This document shows positions 63,100-64,000 of a DNA stretch of 64,000 nt, piece after piece. The notes under the pieces were generated by a model, which did not search any database, had not been told where the DNA came from, and was given only the letters and a program-made list of their open reading frames with translations. Position numbers and translations under genes: made by a program. The stretch lies in contig NC_058368.1 in assembly GCF_018350175.1 (NCBI RefSeq), positions 185,196,001 through 185,260,000 on the forward strand, read 5' to 3'. The stretch comes from Felis catus (Eukaryota). Within the stretch, counting starts at the first letter, position 1, and each line of letters starts with the position of its first letter.

Positions 63100-64000
63100 A
63101 AGAATGGAGCTTTTATGGCAGGATTAAATAATATAACCTATTAAAAACAATTTAGTATAATACCTGGCATCTGGTAGTTGCTCAAAAAGAGAAGCCTGTG
63201 GTCTCTTAATCATTCTTCTTCATGTATGAATCTGGCCTACATTACTGTAGTGCAAATATTAACAGACTGCTTTATTCTTTTTATGTCAATGGCTTTGCTG
63301 TATATATCATTTGCAAACTATTACCTGCTTGATCTTGTGCTTCGTTGGCCTATAGATAGTGCCTCTCAAATCTGAGGGCTATAAAGGGAAAAGTAATTAG
63401 TACCATGTAGATGGGATTTCAGTGGGCCAAAACTTCCGTGGTATGAAAGAAATCAAGCAGCGGTGTCTGTTTCCTAGAGCCACCATCCAGGAGAGGAGCT
63501 TTATGACAGAAAGAGGCCAAATTGCACATCTAGAATAAAACGAGTACTGACTGTGGGGAAGAAGAGATACTTTAATTGGTGATGGTCCTGTCAAAGTTTG
63601 TAAGAAGCTGTCACCATGAGAGTGACCCCTCCTAAGGAATGTGAGGTCAAATGAAGGAAGAAAAATAGATCCTTCTCAGTCCTTGCCCTTTTGGGACCTT
63701 TCAGTATATCAGGTGAAATAAGAATTTCATGATAAGAAAGTCAGTCCCAATATCTCTTTAACTTTGGAGGAAAAATAAATTCTCCTTTTTAGTGTCTCTC
63801 TAAAGTTCATGTTTGAACCTAGTCATTCATTGTAGAATCATATAATAGCAAAGTTAGCTGAGAGATATAGAAAAAAAACACATAGATTAAGAAGAAGCCA
63901 AAAAATTGTTGTTTATAGCCATTAGCATATCATGGAATTTGAACGATCATTAAAAGGATTGAATTATAAAACTTAAAAGCAATAAAGAATATTTAATTCT

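Noticed and set aside
63397..63600. Coding-looking unique segment near the window end
   Set aside because: The translations I checked on both strands are short and unrecognisable, with no clear splice boundaries.
1..64000. A novel biological system, CRISPR array or operon-like locus
   Set aside because: The sequence is mammalian repeat-rich non-coding DNA with no regularly spaced repeat-spacer array and no long ORF (maximum 187 aa).

Overview
AT-rich, repeat-dense mammalian genomic DNA from a carnivore, most likely a felid (18 tRNA-derived CanSINEs, several of the young SINEC_Fc type). I found no host protein-coding exon, RNA gene or CpG island, so the window looks intronic or intergenic. 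Every ORF I could identify derives from a decayed L1 ORF2 or reads through a SINE or microsatellite. Much of the window is layered transposable elements: carnivore and older eutherian L1 fragments, L2, MIR, ERV1/ERVL/MaLR solo LTRs, and DNA transposons (MER58A, MER5A, MER102, MER45, Tigger2a-like). Family names come from recalled consensus similarity, not a database search, and boundaries of old elements are approximate. I see no evidence of a novel biological system. The most notable observations are mechanistic scars: a twin-priming 5' inversion in an old L1, a possible short L1 3' transduction, a templated 30-bp insertion with double microhomology, an 83-bp duplication about 1 kb apart, several nested insertions, and two repeat-free segments with homeodomain-type motif clusters.
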